Origin: Candidatus Yanofskybacteria bacterium
GTDB taxonomy: Bacteria; Patescibacteriota; Minisyncoccia; 2-02-FULL-40-12; IGHO2-01-FULL-4-A
Assembly: GCA_016181175.1 (NCBI GenBank)
Contig: JACOZV010000001.1
Coordinates: forward strand, 4,643 to 68,642
Length of the DNA stretch: 64,000 nucleotides
Direction: 5' to 3'
Shown: positions 7,905 to 18,217 of the stretch, in pieces
How positions within the stretch are numbered: position 1 is the stretch's first letter
How the letters are laid out: every line of letters starts with the position of its first letter
Position numbers and translations under genes: made by a program
Notes under the pieces: model-generated
Database searches by the model: none
What the model saw: only the letters and a program-made list of their open reading frames with translations
Told to the model about the DNA's origin: nothing

Positions 7905-9601
7905 TTGCCGCGTTAAGCGGCTTGCTCTTGGCCCTTGCCTATCCGGGTTGGAGCTTTGGTTCGACTTGGCTCACCACAAGTGATTTGGGCTGGTTGGCCT
8001 GGATTGGATTTGTTCCACTTTTTTGGTCGTTGTTCCACATCGTTTCCGAATACGAACATACTCGGAAACGATGTGGATTTTTGGTAGGGTTTGCCGCAGG
8101 ACTGATTTACTTTTTAATTGTCTTCCGCTGGTTCTGGTCTATTTATCCGTTAGACACTCTTGGCATTGAGAGCCGCGCTATTTCTTTTTTCATCATCTTG
8201 CTTGTTTATTTAGTAAGTTCGACCGGAATGGCAATGTTTTGGGGACTCTTTGGATTAGTTACTGGTAACTGCCTGCCCCGTAGCTCGCCGAAAGCGATGG
8301 TTCGGGGGTTACTGGTAACTGGTAAATCAAAACCTTACCGATTACTAATAACTTTACCGGCTCTTTTTGTCCTACTTGAATACGCCCTCTCTTGGGGCTT
8401 TGGATTTCTTTGGGCGGGTTCCGGATCGTTTTTCGGACCGCACTGGACATTGGGCAATCTGGCTTATTCACTAGCAAATAACCCCTTGGCTCTAAAATTC
8501 GCATCTATCATTGGCATTTATGGAGTAACTTTTGCAATTATTTTTGTAAATTACCTGATTTTTACAATTTTAAAAAATAAGTTAGCAGAAACAAGGTCTA
8601 CAAGGGCCATCCTTGTTACAAGGATGGCCCTTGTAGTTCTGATTCTTATAGCGCTTATTTCTGGTCCGAAACTAATTAAACAACAAACCACGAAACAAGA
8701 AAACGCCGGAATAAACTTTGCTGTCATTCAAACGGCACAACCCACCAGATCATTTCCTAATTCGCAAGAAACATTGGCAAGTTTTGAGGAACAACTGAAA
8801 CTGCTTAATCGCGTCGCCAAAGAATATCCTGAAAGCCAACTTATTATTTTCCCGGAAACAAGTGAGCTGTTTAAAAATATCGCCCTATTTCTTACTCCGG
8901 CACAAGTCCAAGAATATTTCAACAACCTTTTTACAAAACCGAAACTAATAATCGCCGGTGGCAAAATTATTGATGATAGTCAAGTTTATTCACGAGTCTT
9001 TGATCTTGATACTCAAAACGACATTATCAACCATTATGACAAGCGTCTATTAACGCCGGGCGGTGAATTTTTGCCTTATCCATTGAAGTTTCTGGTTTGG
9101 TTATTTTCTAAAAACACAAATAGTCAATTTGAAAACCTGCGCGAGCTCAACATCGGCGGCAAAGACGTATCTACTGTAGATTTCCGCGGTCAATTTAAAA
9201 CGGCGCCGATGATATGCTCCGAACTTTTGTCTCCGAATTTAGTCAAGCAAACTTCTCAAAACTCGGATGTAATAGCAAGTATGGCAAGCTATGGTATTTT
9301 CCACGGAAAACAAGTCATTGCAAGGCAAATGCTGGCCGCCACGAGATTTAGGGCAGCAGAAACGGCTAAACCTATCATAACGGCTGCTAATTTGGGCAAA
9401 TCTTATGCGATAGACAGCCGTGGAAATATCATTTATTTGGCCCCCGACTCAACTTCCCAGATATTAACAGGCTTTGTTGCATTTGGTACCGATAAAACGT
9501 GGTATAATAAGGTAGGCGATTTGCCAATAATTTTGGCATCTTTGCTAATAGTGATAAGTTTAAACTTTTTAATATGGTTTAGGGAATTTAGGAGACCCTA
9601 G
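7874..9601 (+). CDS. lnt: Apolipoprotein N-acyltransferase
   Basis: Multi-TM N-terminus; nitrilase triad motifs IIFPET, YDKRLLTPGGEFLP, PMICSE; RAAE; carries palindromic in-frame inserts. Confidence 0.85.
   Translation: MTKQKLILTGLAALSGLLLALAYPGWSFGSTWLTTSDLGWLAWIGFVPLFWSLFHIVSEYEHTRKRCGFLVGFAAGLIYFLIVFRWFWSIYPLDTLGIESRAISFFIILLVYLVSSTGMAMFWGLFGLVTGNCLPRSSPKAMVRGLLVTGKSKPYRLLITLPALFVLLEYALSWGFGFLWAGSGSFFGPHWTLGNLAYSLANNPLALKFASIIGIYGVTFAIIFVNYLIFTILKNKLAETRSTRAILVTRMALVVLILIALISGPKLIKQQTTKQENAGINFAVIQTAQPTRSFPNSQETLASFEEQLKLLNRVAKEYPESQLIIFPETSELFKNIALFLTPAQVQEYFNNLFTKPKLIIAGGKIIDDSQVYSRVFDLDTQNDIINHYDKRLLTPGGEFLPYPLKFLVWLFSKNTNSQFENLRELNIGGKDVSTVDFRGQFKTAPMICSELLSPNLVKQTSQNSDVIASMASYGIFHGKQVIARQMLAATRFRAAETAKPIITAANLGKSYAIDSRGNIIYLAPDSTSQILTGFVAFGTDKTWYNKVGDLPIILASLLIVISLNFLIWFREFRRP
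8598..8636. repeat. Perfect palindrome (19-bp arms) in frame within lnt
   Basis: CTACAAGGGCCATCCTTGT-T-ACAAGGATGGCCCTTGTAG. Confidence 0.85.
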
Positions 9602-9611
9602 GTCATCCTGT

Positions 9612-10595
9612 TTGATGTCGTTAAAATTAAAAATTTCTTTGGGAATTCTTCTGCTAATCGCCGGATTTTTGCTTGTTCGCATAGGTTTGTTTTTTAAGCA
9701 TAGCGTTCAAACAGCGACAACAGCAAATATAAACCGGCAAGTCGCTGGAGTTAATATTTTTGACCCTTCAAACATAGATTCTGACAACGACGGTATTCCT
9801 GACAATCTTGAAGCCTATTATCGAACCGACCCATTTAACCCCGACACTGACGGCGATGGTTACTTGGATGGCGAAGAAATAGTTTCAGGTTTTAGTCCGA
9901 TTAAACAAGAAATTGCCAGCGAACGTAATAAAAATACCAATATCACCGTTTCCTTTACCAACCATGTTATGGAAGGTTTGTACGTCGGGGATTTGAGCCC
10001 GAAGAAATTGGGAGAAGAAAAATTCGCAAAAAACATAGACAACCTTACTTTGGCAACAATAGATGACGCCGCCAGATCGTTAAACCCGCCAATTGTGACA
10101 GAATACGGGTTGGCCGTAATTTCAGAGTCCAAGCAAAACCAAAACGAATACATAAACAATGTTGATTCTTTATTGGAGGGTCCGTTCCTCAATTCATTTA
10201 TGCAACAACCCTACATATTAAGCCGGGCTGCAAATTTCATGACTACAAGCAACAACTCCGAAGCCGCAGAAATCTTCAAAAATCTTTCGCTTTCTTACTC
10301 AAGCGCCTACAATCGGCTTTTGGCGGTATCGGTACCCAAAAATTGGGTTCCATTCCATTCCCGTCTTCTCCAACTTTTCCAAAAATTTTCGCTTAACTAT
10401 CTGGCTTTAACAAAGGCACCAGAAGATCCGCTTCTAGCTATGACCGCCTTACAAGATTTACAAAATAACTTTATAGAAATTGATTCGTCGTTAATTCAAG
10501 AGCTTAAAATTTTAATACAAACACAGGATTTACAGATACCCAACACTCCCTTGTTTAGCATTTTAGACCTTTTGAGTACACAGAAAAACCAATAA
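9612..10595 (+). CDS. Membrane-anchored protein with bacterial TSP3-like Ca-binding repeats
   Basis: N-terminal TM; DSDNDGIPD and NPDTDGDGYLDGEE repeats. Confidence 0.75.
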   Translation: MMSLKLKISLGILLLIAGFLLVRIGLFFKHSVQTATTANINRQVAGVNIFDPSNIDSDNDGIPDNLEAYYRTDPFNPDTDGDGYLDGEEIVSGFSPIKQEIASERNKNTNITVSFTNHVMEGLYVGDLSPKKLGEEKFAKNIDNLTLATIDDAARSLNPPIVTEYGLAVISESKQNQNEYINNVDSLLEGPFLNSFMQQPYILSRAANFMTTSNNSEAAEIFKNLSLSYSSAYNRLLAVSVPKNWVPFHSRLLQLFQKFSLNYLALTKAPEDPLLAMTALQDLQNNFIEIDSSLIQELKILIQTQDLQIPNTPLFSILDLLSTQKNQ

Positions 10596-11746
10596 TGGTC
10601 AACCGTCACACAAAAGCAATACTTAGCATAATACTAATCGGTTTCTTGGTTTTATACCCGGCACAAATAGCACGCTCAGCCGGCGCCATCGTTTACGTCC
10701 TCAAGGAATTCACCTTGGACGTTGTTGCCAGAGTGCTTGCCAGAACATTTTTGGGAAGGATGGATAATGCAATTACCGAATTCATAAGCAAGAATGGCCG
10801 AGACGACGCCCCCAATTTTATACAAAACTGGCGTGATTTTCTTGCCAACGCACAATACAGAGGGGAGGACGCAACAAGGGCAATAATCGGAGATGCTATA
10901 GACGCCGGCTCGGGCACTATTTGCCAATATTTGAGAAATCCTCTCGGCGCCGCTTTCGGGGCAAGCAAAATAGATGGTTTCAATCCTTCTTTATACAGAA
11001 TTGACTCTCTTCAATACTACAAACTGCGCAACAGATGCACTCTGCCAGCCGGTTTCAATATTGACGCTTTCAGAAACGACTTCGCCGGCGGAGGCGGCTG
11101 GACAGCTTGGAACCAGTTGATTCAACCGCAAAATAACGTATGGGGAGTGGTCAGTGACACACTAAACGAACTGACGAGCCAAAGAGTTTTTGAAGAAAAA
11201 ACCGATCAGGGTGAAGCTAATTCCGGAGGTGGCTTCACATCAAAAAGAAGCGGTGACAAGGGCTGTGTTTTGAGAGGCCTTAATACGACCTGCTTAATAC
11301 TTGGCGAGGTATTGACTCCGGCTGACATGTTTAAAGAAACTGCCGGCAAAATGAATTCGGCTGAATTTAATTGGCTGACAAGTTCCGATGAATTAAGCGA
11401 GGTCATCGCTTTCGCGGCATCGTGGGTTACGGACAGGTTGTCCAATCTTGCCGGAGCATCCACGCCTGATAATTTTACCCCGGACACGGCGAGAGGCACC
11501 GCGCTCCAAGAAAAAGCCAGACAGGACTGTATCAAAGCAGGAGAAAATACTTGCACGCAAAAAGCTAAAAAACTGGATTGTGACGCATCGGCCAGCGGGG
11601 GAGACGGCGGAAGCGGCGGAAGTGAAGATTCTGCGGGCAGTGGCGGCAGTGGCGGTTCAGCAAATGTAAATTGCGTAGAGGTAATTGATCAGGGAATTTA
11701 CAACTCATGCATGGCGGAGGTTAACAATAACTGCACTATCCAATAA
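10595..11746 (+). CDS. Secreted hypothetical protein of the T4SS-like locus, with a Cys and Gly/Ser-rich C-terminus
   Basis: Signal peptide; translationally coupled (TAATG); multiple Cys; GGSGG linker. Confidence 0.7.
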   Translation: MVNRHTKAILSIILIGFLVLYPAQIARSAGAIVYVLKEFTLDVVARVLARTFLGRMDNAITEFISKNGRDDAPNFIQNWRDFLANAQYRGEDATRAIIGDAIDAGSGTICQYLRNPLGAAFGASKIDGFNPSLYRIDSLQYYKLRNRCTLPAGFNIDAFRNDFAGGGGWTAWNQLIQPQNNVWGVVSDTLNELTSQRVFEEKTDQGEANSGGGFTSKRSGDKGCVLRGLNTTCLILGEVLTPADMFKETAGKMNSAEFNWLTSSDELSEVIAFAASWVTDRLSNLAGASTPDNFTPDTARGTALQEKARQDCIKAGENTCTQKAKKLDCDASASGGDGGSGGSEDSAGSGGSGGSANVNCVEVIDQGIYNSCMAEVNNNCTIQ

Positions 11747-11750
11747 TTAA

Positions 11751-13970
11751 ATGCTTAACAAGAAGTATAAAAAGCTTTACGTAATACTGGCGGTAATCAT
11801 AATACTTGCGGTTTTTGTTCCACAACATGAAGTAAAAGCAGTTTCTCTCTGTCCTGCCGTTTTTAGGGATTGTGTTATCGGTGTGCAGGAATGGATGATG
11901 GAGTTGGTAGGTAAAGCGATCGGTTGGGCTGCCAACTTACTGGATGTTTTTTTACAAAATCAGCCAATAAGCGGAGTTTTTGTTGTTGATCAAGGCTGGA
12001 CTACTGTCAGAAACTTTGTAAATTTGTTTTTTATTCTTGCTTTGATTATCATGGCTTTCGGCACGATTTTTGATATTAAAAAATATACCTGGCGAGATAT
12101 GCTTCCCGGATTTATAATCGCCGCTCTGCTTGTAAATTTTAGTCTTGCTATCGGCCAATATATTGCTGGGGTTGCCAATGGACTAAGTGGTGTTTTTTTG
12201 AGGGAAATTGGCCAAACTTCGGTTAACGCCGCCCAGGGTTCGGGTATACAAAAACTAGCAACAACTATTCCTACCGGGGTTAATTTGCTCGGCGGCACGG
12301 CCAGTGTAGCAATTAGCGGCATTTTTGCTCTAATTTTTTTAATTATTGTTTTTCTTGCATTTTTATCTGTCGCAATTTTTTCGATAGTTAGACTTGTTGC
12401 AATTTGGTTTCTTCTTATTATCTCCCCGATTGCTTGGCTGGGTTATGCCTTGCCTAATCTTAGAAGTCAAACGGCCAATTGGTGGAAACATTTTTTGTGT
12501 TGGTGTTTTTTTCTTCCTTATTACCTGTTTTTTATGACATTCGCGGTAATATTCGTCAGGAATAAAAACCAAATAGGTGCGTTACTTCCTACTACTTCTG
12601 GTGGTCCTATTCGTGAAATTTTCGGAAGTCCCGGTGCTATCAATGATTTTCTTTTTTATATTTTAAGCCTTATTTTTCTAGTGGGTGGATTAGCTTTAGC
12701 AATGAAACTGGCTTGCGCAAGCGGGACTTATGTAAGATCGGCTTTCGGGGTAATAGAATCAAGGGTGCGTAAATACGCCCCCGGGGCGGCATATGTCAGG
12801 GGAGCTAAAGAGGGACTGAAGGAACGTGTGGCAGAAATCCAAGAAAAAGGAATGCTTGGTATCGGTGGCGCCCAGCGTGCTCGCATACAGGAAGCTACGG
12901 CAAAAGGCTGGATCGCCGGCATACCAGGTAAGGTACCGGGCGCAACAGAAGAAGCTTCTAGAGCCAAGGTGGCAGAAGTAGATAAGGAAATAAAACGCTT
13001 GCAATTGCTTAATCTCACCCTAGACCAATTAAATATCCGCCTTAAAAAAGCCGGTGGCCCAGAAAAAATAGCTGCGCTAAAACTCAAAGCAGAAAATGGC
13101 TGGCTAGAAGCAGGTGACTTGGGTGAAATAAATAAAACAATAAGAGAAGCTGGTGGTGGCAGAAACGCTTTGGGCGCTTCGATTATCCAGTCCTTGAAAA
13201 AAGGCAAGTTCCATGAAATGGCGCAAACTACGGCTCAAAAAGAATTCATATTTAACAACCTGGAAGATGTTGGCGTAAAGAAGGAATTTGGCCTAAACAT
13301 GGCAGAAAGTAGAGAAATCATGAATGAAACTATTGCCAGACAACTACTGGAACTCTACTCTGGAGATATGAAAGAAGTCCAAGATAAAGTTGCAGAAACT
13401 GTCAAGAAAAATATTGACAACTTTGCCAAAGATAAGTCAGCCAGAGAAGCTATGGTAACCAGGGTAATAACGCCCACCACCACAAGGGCTGAAAAGAAAA
13501 TTATGGAATTGGCGGCAAAAACTATGGTTGAAAAGAAAGAGGTTAACAGCTGGAGCACCAGAAGGTCTATTTTGCAATTAACTGGCGGCATAGACCCAAC
13601 TACCGGCGATGCACTGACAGTAGAAGGCAGGACCCTGGCAAAAGAAATCAAAGACAACAACACCCTCTTCAAGGAAGAAATGGATTACAGAGCTTCACAT
13701 GGCATCTTGCCAGCCGTTGACCTAACACCGGCTCAACGAACTGATGTACAACGTCAGATAGAAACAAATATATCAAACGGCTTGATCCGCGGGTTAAGCG
13801 CCGAAGAAATGAAGACCCCAGAAATTTTCAACTCCATCAATTCTATAATGCCTAATATTCCAACCGCTAAACAAGCCAAATTCAAGCAAGAATTGTTGGG
13901 CAAAGGCGCTGACAGAAGGAAAAGAGAAGCATTTGATAAAGCCGCATTGGGTCCACCCATACCTTATTAA
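11751..13970 (+). CDS. VirB6/TrbL-like polytopic membrane protein with a long soluble C-terminus
   Basis: GWTTVRNFVN, IIAALLVNFS and LIISPIAW motifs typical of CPR VirB6-like proteins; upstream of prgI/virB4. Confidence 0.7.
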   Translation: MLNKKYKKLYVILAVIIILAVFVPQHEVKAVSLCPAVFRDCVIGVQEWMMELVGKAIGWAANLLDVFLQNQPISGVFVVDQGWTTVRNFVNLFFILALIIMAFGTIFDIKKYTWRDMLPGFIIAALLVNFSLAIGQYIAGVANGLSGVFLREIGQTSVNAAQGSGIQKLATTIPTGVNLLGGTASVAISGIFALIFLIIVFLAFLSVAIFSIVRLVAIWFLLIISPIAWLGYALPNLRSQTANWWKHFLCWCFFLPYYLFFMTFAVIFVRNKNQIGALLPTTSGGPIREIFGSPGAINDFLFYILSLIFLVGGLALAMKLACASGTYVRSAFGVIESRVRKYAPGAAYVRGAKEGLKERVAEIQEKGMLGIGGAQRARIQEATAKGWIAGIPGKVPGATEEASRAKVAEVDKEIKRLQLLNLTLDQLNIRLKKAGGPEKIAALKLKAENGWLEAGDLGEINKTIREAGGGRNALGASIIQSLKKGKFHEMAQTTAQKEFIFNNLEDVGVKKEFGLNMAESREIMNETIARQLLELYSGDMKEVQDKVAETVKKNIDNFAKDKSAREAMVTRVITPTTTRAEKKIMELAAKTMVEKKEVNSWSTRRSILQLTGGIDPTTGDALTVEGRTLAKEIKDNNTLFKEEMDYRASHGILPAVDLTPAQRTDVQRQIETNISNGLIRGLSAEEMKTPEIFNSINSIMPNIPTAKQAKFKQELLGKGADRRKREAFDKAALGPPIPY

Positions 13971-14476
13971 TGGAGTACAATTCGTTAAAACTTAGTCCTT
14001 ATTCAGTTGATGGTATGCAAACTCCTGGTTTTAATTATGGCTTATTCCAAGACAAACTGGATAACTTACCGACTAATTTAGTTGATTTTCTGCTGGATTC
14101 TTCTGTACCGGATTTCATTATGAATTTGACCCAAAAACATGTTCAATTAAGTATACGTGGTCCTGACATTGCTAGACTGATACGTGATATAGTAATAGGA
14201 GATGTCTTTGTGGGAGATATGCCACAGGAATTATCCAGGCGGTTAGGAACTGATCTGGCAACTTCCAGAGAAATAGCTAATCAAATTGCCTCTCAACTTT
14301 TTACACCGATTCTTGAAGATATTAAAAAAGTACAAATGGTAAAATTTCCGGGTAAATTGCCGGCAAAACCCGTTTCGCAACCAGCTCCCCAAGTTAAACC
14401 TACGGAGACACACTATCAAGGCGAAGAATTACCAGAATCAGGTGGTAATATTATAGATTTGCGAAGCAAGTCATAG
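13970..14476 (+). CDS. Hypothetical protein
   Basis: Translationally coupled ORF; ends GNIIDLR. Confidence 0.7.
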   Translation: MEYNSLKLSPYSVDGMQTPGFNYGLFQDKLDNLPTNLVDFLLDSSVPDFIMNLTQKHVQLSIRGPDIARLIRDIVIGDVFVGDMPQELSRRLGTDLATSREIANQIASQLFTPILEDIKKVQMVKFPGKLPAKPVSQPAPQVKPTETHYQGEELPESGGNIIDLRSKS

Positions 14477-14948
14477 GTTATAGGTTATAGCTGATAGGTA
14501 ATAGCTTAAAAAATGAGTTCTAGAAATAGGAGGCTAGGACGCAAAATAAAAAGTGGATAAAATTCATTCGTATAGAGACTTAGTGGTATGGCAAAAGTCC
14601 ATTGAACTAGTGATAGAAATATATGAACTAACGGATAAATTTCCAAAAGAAGAAATATACGGGCTAATTTCGCAATTAAGGAGAGCTGCCGTTTCAATTC
14701 CTTCTAATATCGCCGAGGGCAGGTATCGTGGGACAAGAAAAGATTTTAGGCAATTTCTTCTTAACGCTTACGGCTCTGGCGCTGAAGTTGAAACACAATT
14801 GGTTATTGCAAATAAATTGCCAAAAACAAAAAATTTAAATTATGCCAGAGCAAATAAAATTCTAAATGAAGTAATGCGAATGTTAAATTCACTAATCAAA
14901 AAATTGGAAAATTCATAACTATAACCTATTACCTATAAGCTATTACCT
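14475..14948. repeat. Inverted heptamer tandem repeats flanking the four-helix-bundle gene
   Basis: Left TAGGTTA-TAGGTTA-TAGCTGA-TAGGTAA-TAGCT; right TAACTA-TAACCTA-TTACCTA-TAAGCTA-TTACCT. Confidence 0.8.
14553..14918 (+). CDS. Four-helix-bundle protein (23S rRNA IVP / bAvd-like family)
   Basis: SYRDLVVWQKS, FPKEEIYGLISQLRRAAVSIPSNIAEG. Confidence 0.93.
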   Translation: MDKIHSYRDLVVWQKSIELVIEIYELTDKFPKEEIYGLISQLRRAAVSIPSNIAEGRYRGTRKDFRQFLLNAYGSGAEVETQLVIANKLPKTKNLNYARANKILNEVMRMLNSLIKKLENS

Positions 14949-14953
14949 GCATC

Positions 14954-15241
14954 ATGAGATTCCAAGTTCCACAATTCATAGAAACAGAAACCAAGATTGT
15001 CGGGCCTTTTACATTTAAGCAGTTTTTGTTTCTAGCAGTCGGGGCAGTAATAATTTTTATACTTCAATACATTATTAGTAATTTTACTTTTTTAATAGTT
15101 GCAAGTTTACCAATCGCCATGTTGTTTATTGCCTTGGCATTTTATCAGATAGACGGTATGCCATTACCGCAATATCTACTGACGGCATTATCATATTTGA
15201 CTGGACCCAAAAGGTACCAATTCCGCAAAAATAACGATTAG
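14954..15241 (+). CDS. PrgI family (VirB3-like) protein
   Basis: MRFQVPQFIETETKIVGPFTFKQF plus two TM segments. Confidence 0.88.
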   Translation: MRFQVPQFIETETKIVGPFTFKQFLFLAVGAVIIFILQYIISNFTFLIVASLPIAMLFIALAFYQIDGMPLPQYLLTALSYLTGPKRYQFRKNND

Positions 15242-15252
15242 AAACCGAGATT

Positions 15253-15894
15253 ATGGCCACACCCCAAAAAAACCAATCTACTAGAGATTTTGTAGAAATC
15301 GCCGACGTTCGCGATAACATTGTTATTTTAAAAAATGGCTCTCTACGATCGGTAATTGAGGTCAACTCAATGAATTTTGAACTAAAATCCACCGACGAAC
15401 AAACGGCTATCATACAAGCTTTTCAAAATTTCTTAAATTCCATAGACTTTCCGCTTCAAATAGCAATAAATTCACGTAAACTAGATATAGGGCCTTATCT
15501 GAAATCACTTGATACCTTAACCCAAAGTATTTCCAGTGAATTATTAAAAATACAAGGCATAGAATATACACGATTCATCAAAGGACTGACCGAGCTTGCC
15601 AACATTATGTCCAAAAAATTTTATATTTCCGTCCCGCTTTATGTAACAGAAACAATAGGCAAGGGGGGGCAAAAAACTGGCATATTTGATGCTTTCAAAA
15701 GCATTGTCAGTCCTTCTAAATTTGTTAAAACACTAACGGACGAAGAATTGGCAAACTATAAAATACAGCTTGAACAAAGAATCCAATTTATAATGGGCGG
15801 CATCGGAGGCTTGGGCATAGAGGCGCGAGTGCTGAACAAAGAGGAACTAATGGGCCTTTATTACTCGTATTATAACCCCGGACATCACTTATAA
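15253..15894 (+). CDS. TraC/VirB4-associated N-domain-like protein
   Basis: SMNFELKSTDEQTAIIQAFQNFLNSIDFPLQI; lies between prgI and virB4. Confidence 0.75.
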   Translation: MATPQKNQSTRDFVEIADVRDNIVILKNGSLRSVIEVNSMNFELKSTDEQTAIIQAFQNFLNSIDFPLQIAINSRKLDIGPYLKSLDTLTQSISSELLKIQGIEYTRFIKGLTELANIMSKKFYISVPLYVTETIGKGGQKTGIFDAFKSIVSPSKFVKTLTDEELANYKIQLEQRIQFIMGGIGGLGIEARVLNKEELMGLYYSYYNPGHHL

Positions 15895-15896
15895 AT

Positions 15897-17681
15897 ATGG
15901 CCTTATTCGGTAAAAAACCACAACCAACCGTTCAGCCAATGGAACCGCCAGTAAAAACACTGGACGATTTACTAGCTCCGTCGGCCATAGATATTTCTTC
16001 TAATTATCTGCAAATAGGCGACACTTTTGCCCGCACGCTTTTCGTCGCAACTTACCCAAGATATCTAAATACCAATTGGTTCTCGCCGGTAGTTAATATG
16101 GACCGTCCTTTTGATGTTTCTGTTTTTGTGCATCCAGAAGATACTGCCCAGATGTTAAAACAACTGCGCGACCGTTTGGGACGGCTTCAGGCACAGGAAA
16201 TAGAGGAACAATCGTCCGGTAAAGTAAGGGACCCAGTGCTAGAAACGGCTATCGGCGATATTGAAACTCTGCGAGACAAACTTCAGCAAGGAACAGACAG
16301 GTTTTTTAAGTTGGGGGTATACATAACAATTTATGGCAACTCGCTGAAGGATCTCGATGACACAGAAAATAAAATCAAGTCAATTCTTGACGGCCAATTG
16401 GTTTATTCCAAACAGGCAACATTCAGAATGAAGGAGGGATTCTTTTCCACACTACCGCTTGATGACGACCAACTTCAAATACACAATTCACTGAATACCG
16501 AACCGATCTCCTCGCTTTTTCCTTTTGTATCCTACGATTTAACCACGGACAAAGGAATACTTTATGGAATAAATACCCACAATAATTCCCTTATTTTATT
16601 TGACAGGTTCAGCATGGAAAACGCCAACATGGTTATATTCGGCAAATCCGGCGGCGGTAAAAGCTATACGGTAAAACTGGAGATTTTAAGAAGTCTGATG
16701 TTTGGGACGCAAGTTTTTGTAATTGACCCGGAAAATGAATATAAATTTCTCGCCGATACTGTAGGCGGTACTTCAATTAAAATATCCATAGCTTCACCGC
16801 ACCATATCAATCCGTTTGATTTGCCCAAGCCATTGCCAGATGAAAGCCCCGCCGATGTCCTGCGCTCTCATGTAATAAATCTCATGGGACTTTTCAAGTT
16901 AATGCTTGGGGCGCTTTCTGCGGAGGAAGAGGCGATTTTGGACGAGGCCATCAACCAAACTTATGCGATTAAGGACATTACGCCGCAAACTGCTGATTTC
17001 AAAAATATAGTGCCTCCTTTGATGTCAGACTTCCAAAATATCCTTGAAAGTATGGCAGGCACTGAATCTTTGGCTATTAGGATCAAAAAATATACGGAAG
17101 GGACGTTCGCCGGTTTTCTGAACAATCCGACCAACGTTGAACTGGGCAATCAGCTGATAGTTTTTAGCATCCGCGACATGGAGGAGGAGCTACGCCCGAT
17201 AGCAATGTACCTCGTGCTCAATTTTATCTGGACGCAGGTTAGAACTGAATTAAAAAAGCGTATTTTGGCCGTAGACGAGGCGTGGGTACTGATGAAATAC
17301 GAGGCCGGAGCGGCATTCTTGTTCAACATAGCCAAACGTGCCCGCAAATATTATCTGGGTCTAACTACAATTTCCCAAGATATACCGGACTTTATGGCCT
17401 CTTCTTATGGCAAACCAATCGTGACTAATTCTTCACTGCAATTACTGTTAAAACAATCCCCGGCAGCAATTGACCTGGTAAAACAAACGTTCAACCTTAC
17501 TGACGCAGAAAAGTTTTATCTTTTGGAGTCACGAGTAGGTCACGGGCTGTTTTTTGCCGGAATTAATCATGTCGCGTTGCGAGTAGTGGCTTCTTACGCT
17601 GAAGATCAGATAATTACTTCCGACCCTAGACAGATATTGGAAATAGAAGAAGCCAAGAAAGAATTAGCTCAACAGAGTTGA
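15897..17681 (+). CDS. VirB4-like type IV secretion ATPase
   Basis: Walker A GKSGGGKS, IDPENEY, Walker B VDEAW, KRARKY, ISQD. Confidence 0.92.
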   Translation: MALFGKKPQPTVQPMEPPVKTLDDLLAPSAIDISSNYLQIGDTFARTLFVATYPRYLNTNWFSPVVNMDRPFDVSVFVHPEDTAQMLKQLRDRLGRLQAQEIEEQSSGKVRDPVLETAIGDIETLRDKLQQGTDRFFKLGVYITIYGNSLKDLDDTENKIKSILDGQLVYSKQATFRMKEGFFSTLPLDDDQLQIHNSLNTEPISSLFPFVSYDLTTDKGILYGINTHNNSLILFDRFSMENANMVIFGKSGGGKSYTVKLEILRSLMFGTQVFVIDPENEYKFLADTVGGTSIKISIASPHHINPFDLPKPLPDESPADVLRSHVINLMGLFKLMLGALSAEEEAILDEAINQTYAIKDITPQTADFKNIVPPLMSDFQNILESMAGTESLAIRIKKYTEGTFAGFLNNPTNVELGNQLIVFSIRDMEEELRPIAMYLVLNFIWTQVRTELKKRILAVDEAWVLMKYEAGAAFLFNIAKRARKYYLGLTTISQDIPDFMASSYGKPIVTNSSLQLLLKQSPAAIDLVKQTFNLTDAEKFYLLESRVGHGLFFAGINHVALRVVASYAEDQIITSDPRQILEIEEAKKELAQQS

Positions 17682-17696
17682 GCTAATTCTTTCAAT

Positions 17697-17777
17697 TCCT
17701 AATTACTAATTACTAATTTTTAAATAAATCCCAATCCTTTAAATTCCAGTAACTAAATTGTTTAGAAATTAGAAATT
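17697..17777. repeat. Inverted degenerate heptamer repeats with no gene between them
   Basis: CTAATTA-CTAATTA-CTAATTT ... TTAGAAA-TTAGAAA-TTG. Confidence 0.6.
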
Positions 17778-17781
17778 GCGT

Positions 17782-18204
17782 ATGCCCGCTGACAACCAAT
17801 ACTATTACGACCTTGCAACAGACCGAGCCAGCTATCAAAAACTGCGCGAAGAAGATTTGGCGCGCCAACAAGCAGAAGAAGAACAGAATCAAGAACGGAT
17901 GGGTTGGGGAACATTTCTGGTTGCATTGGTTTTAAGCTTAATTGCCGATGCAGTTGAGCTTATTACGATAGGAACGCTTGGTTGGTTCGTCGGATTCGTC
18001 GTTGACCTTATATTGATGACAATGTTAGGATTTTCAAGAGCAGGACGAAAACAATGGAAAAAGTGGATATGGGGACCTATAATAGAGAAGGTGCCGATAC
18101 TTGCCGCAATTCCGTTTTTCCGCGCCACATTTCTGACATGGGCATTTATTTCCTCACGTAGTCCCATACTGCAACAACTAAGCAAAGCAGCTTCGCCTAA
18201 GTAA
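17782..18204 (+). CDS. Hypothetical membrane protein
   Basis: Coiled N-terminus plus hydrophobic segments; in the T4SS-like operon. Confidence 0.7.
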   Translation: MPADNQYYYDLATDRASYQKLREEDLARQQAEEEQNQERMGWGTFLVALVLSLIADAVELITIGTLGWFVGFVVDLILMTMLGFSRAGRKQWKKWIWGPIIEKVPILAAIPFFRATFLTWAFISSRSPILQQLSKAASPK

Positions 18205-18217
18205 GCTAAAATAAAAA

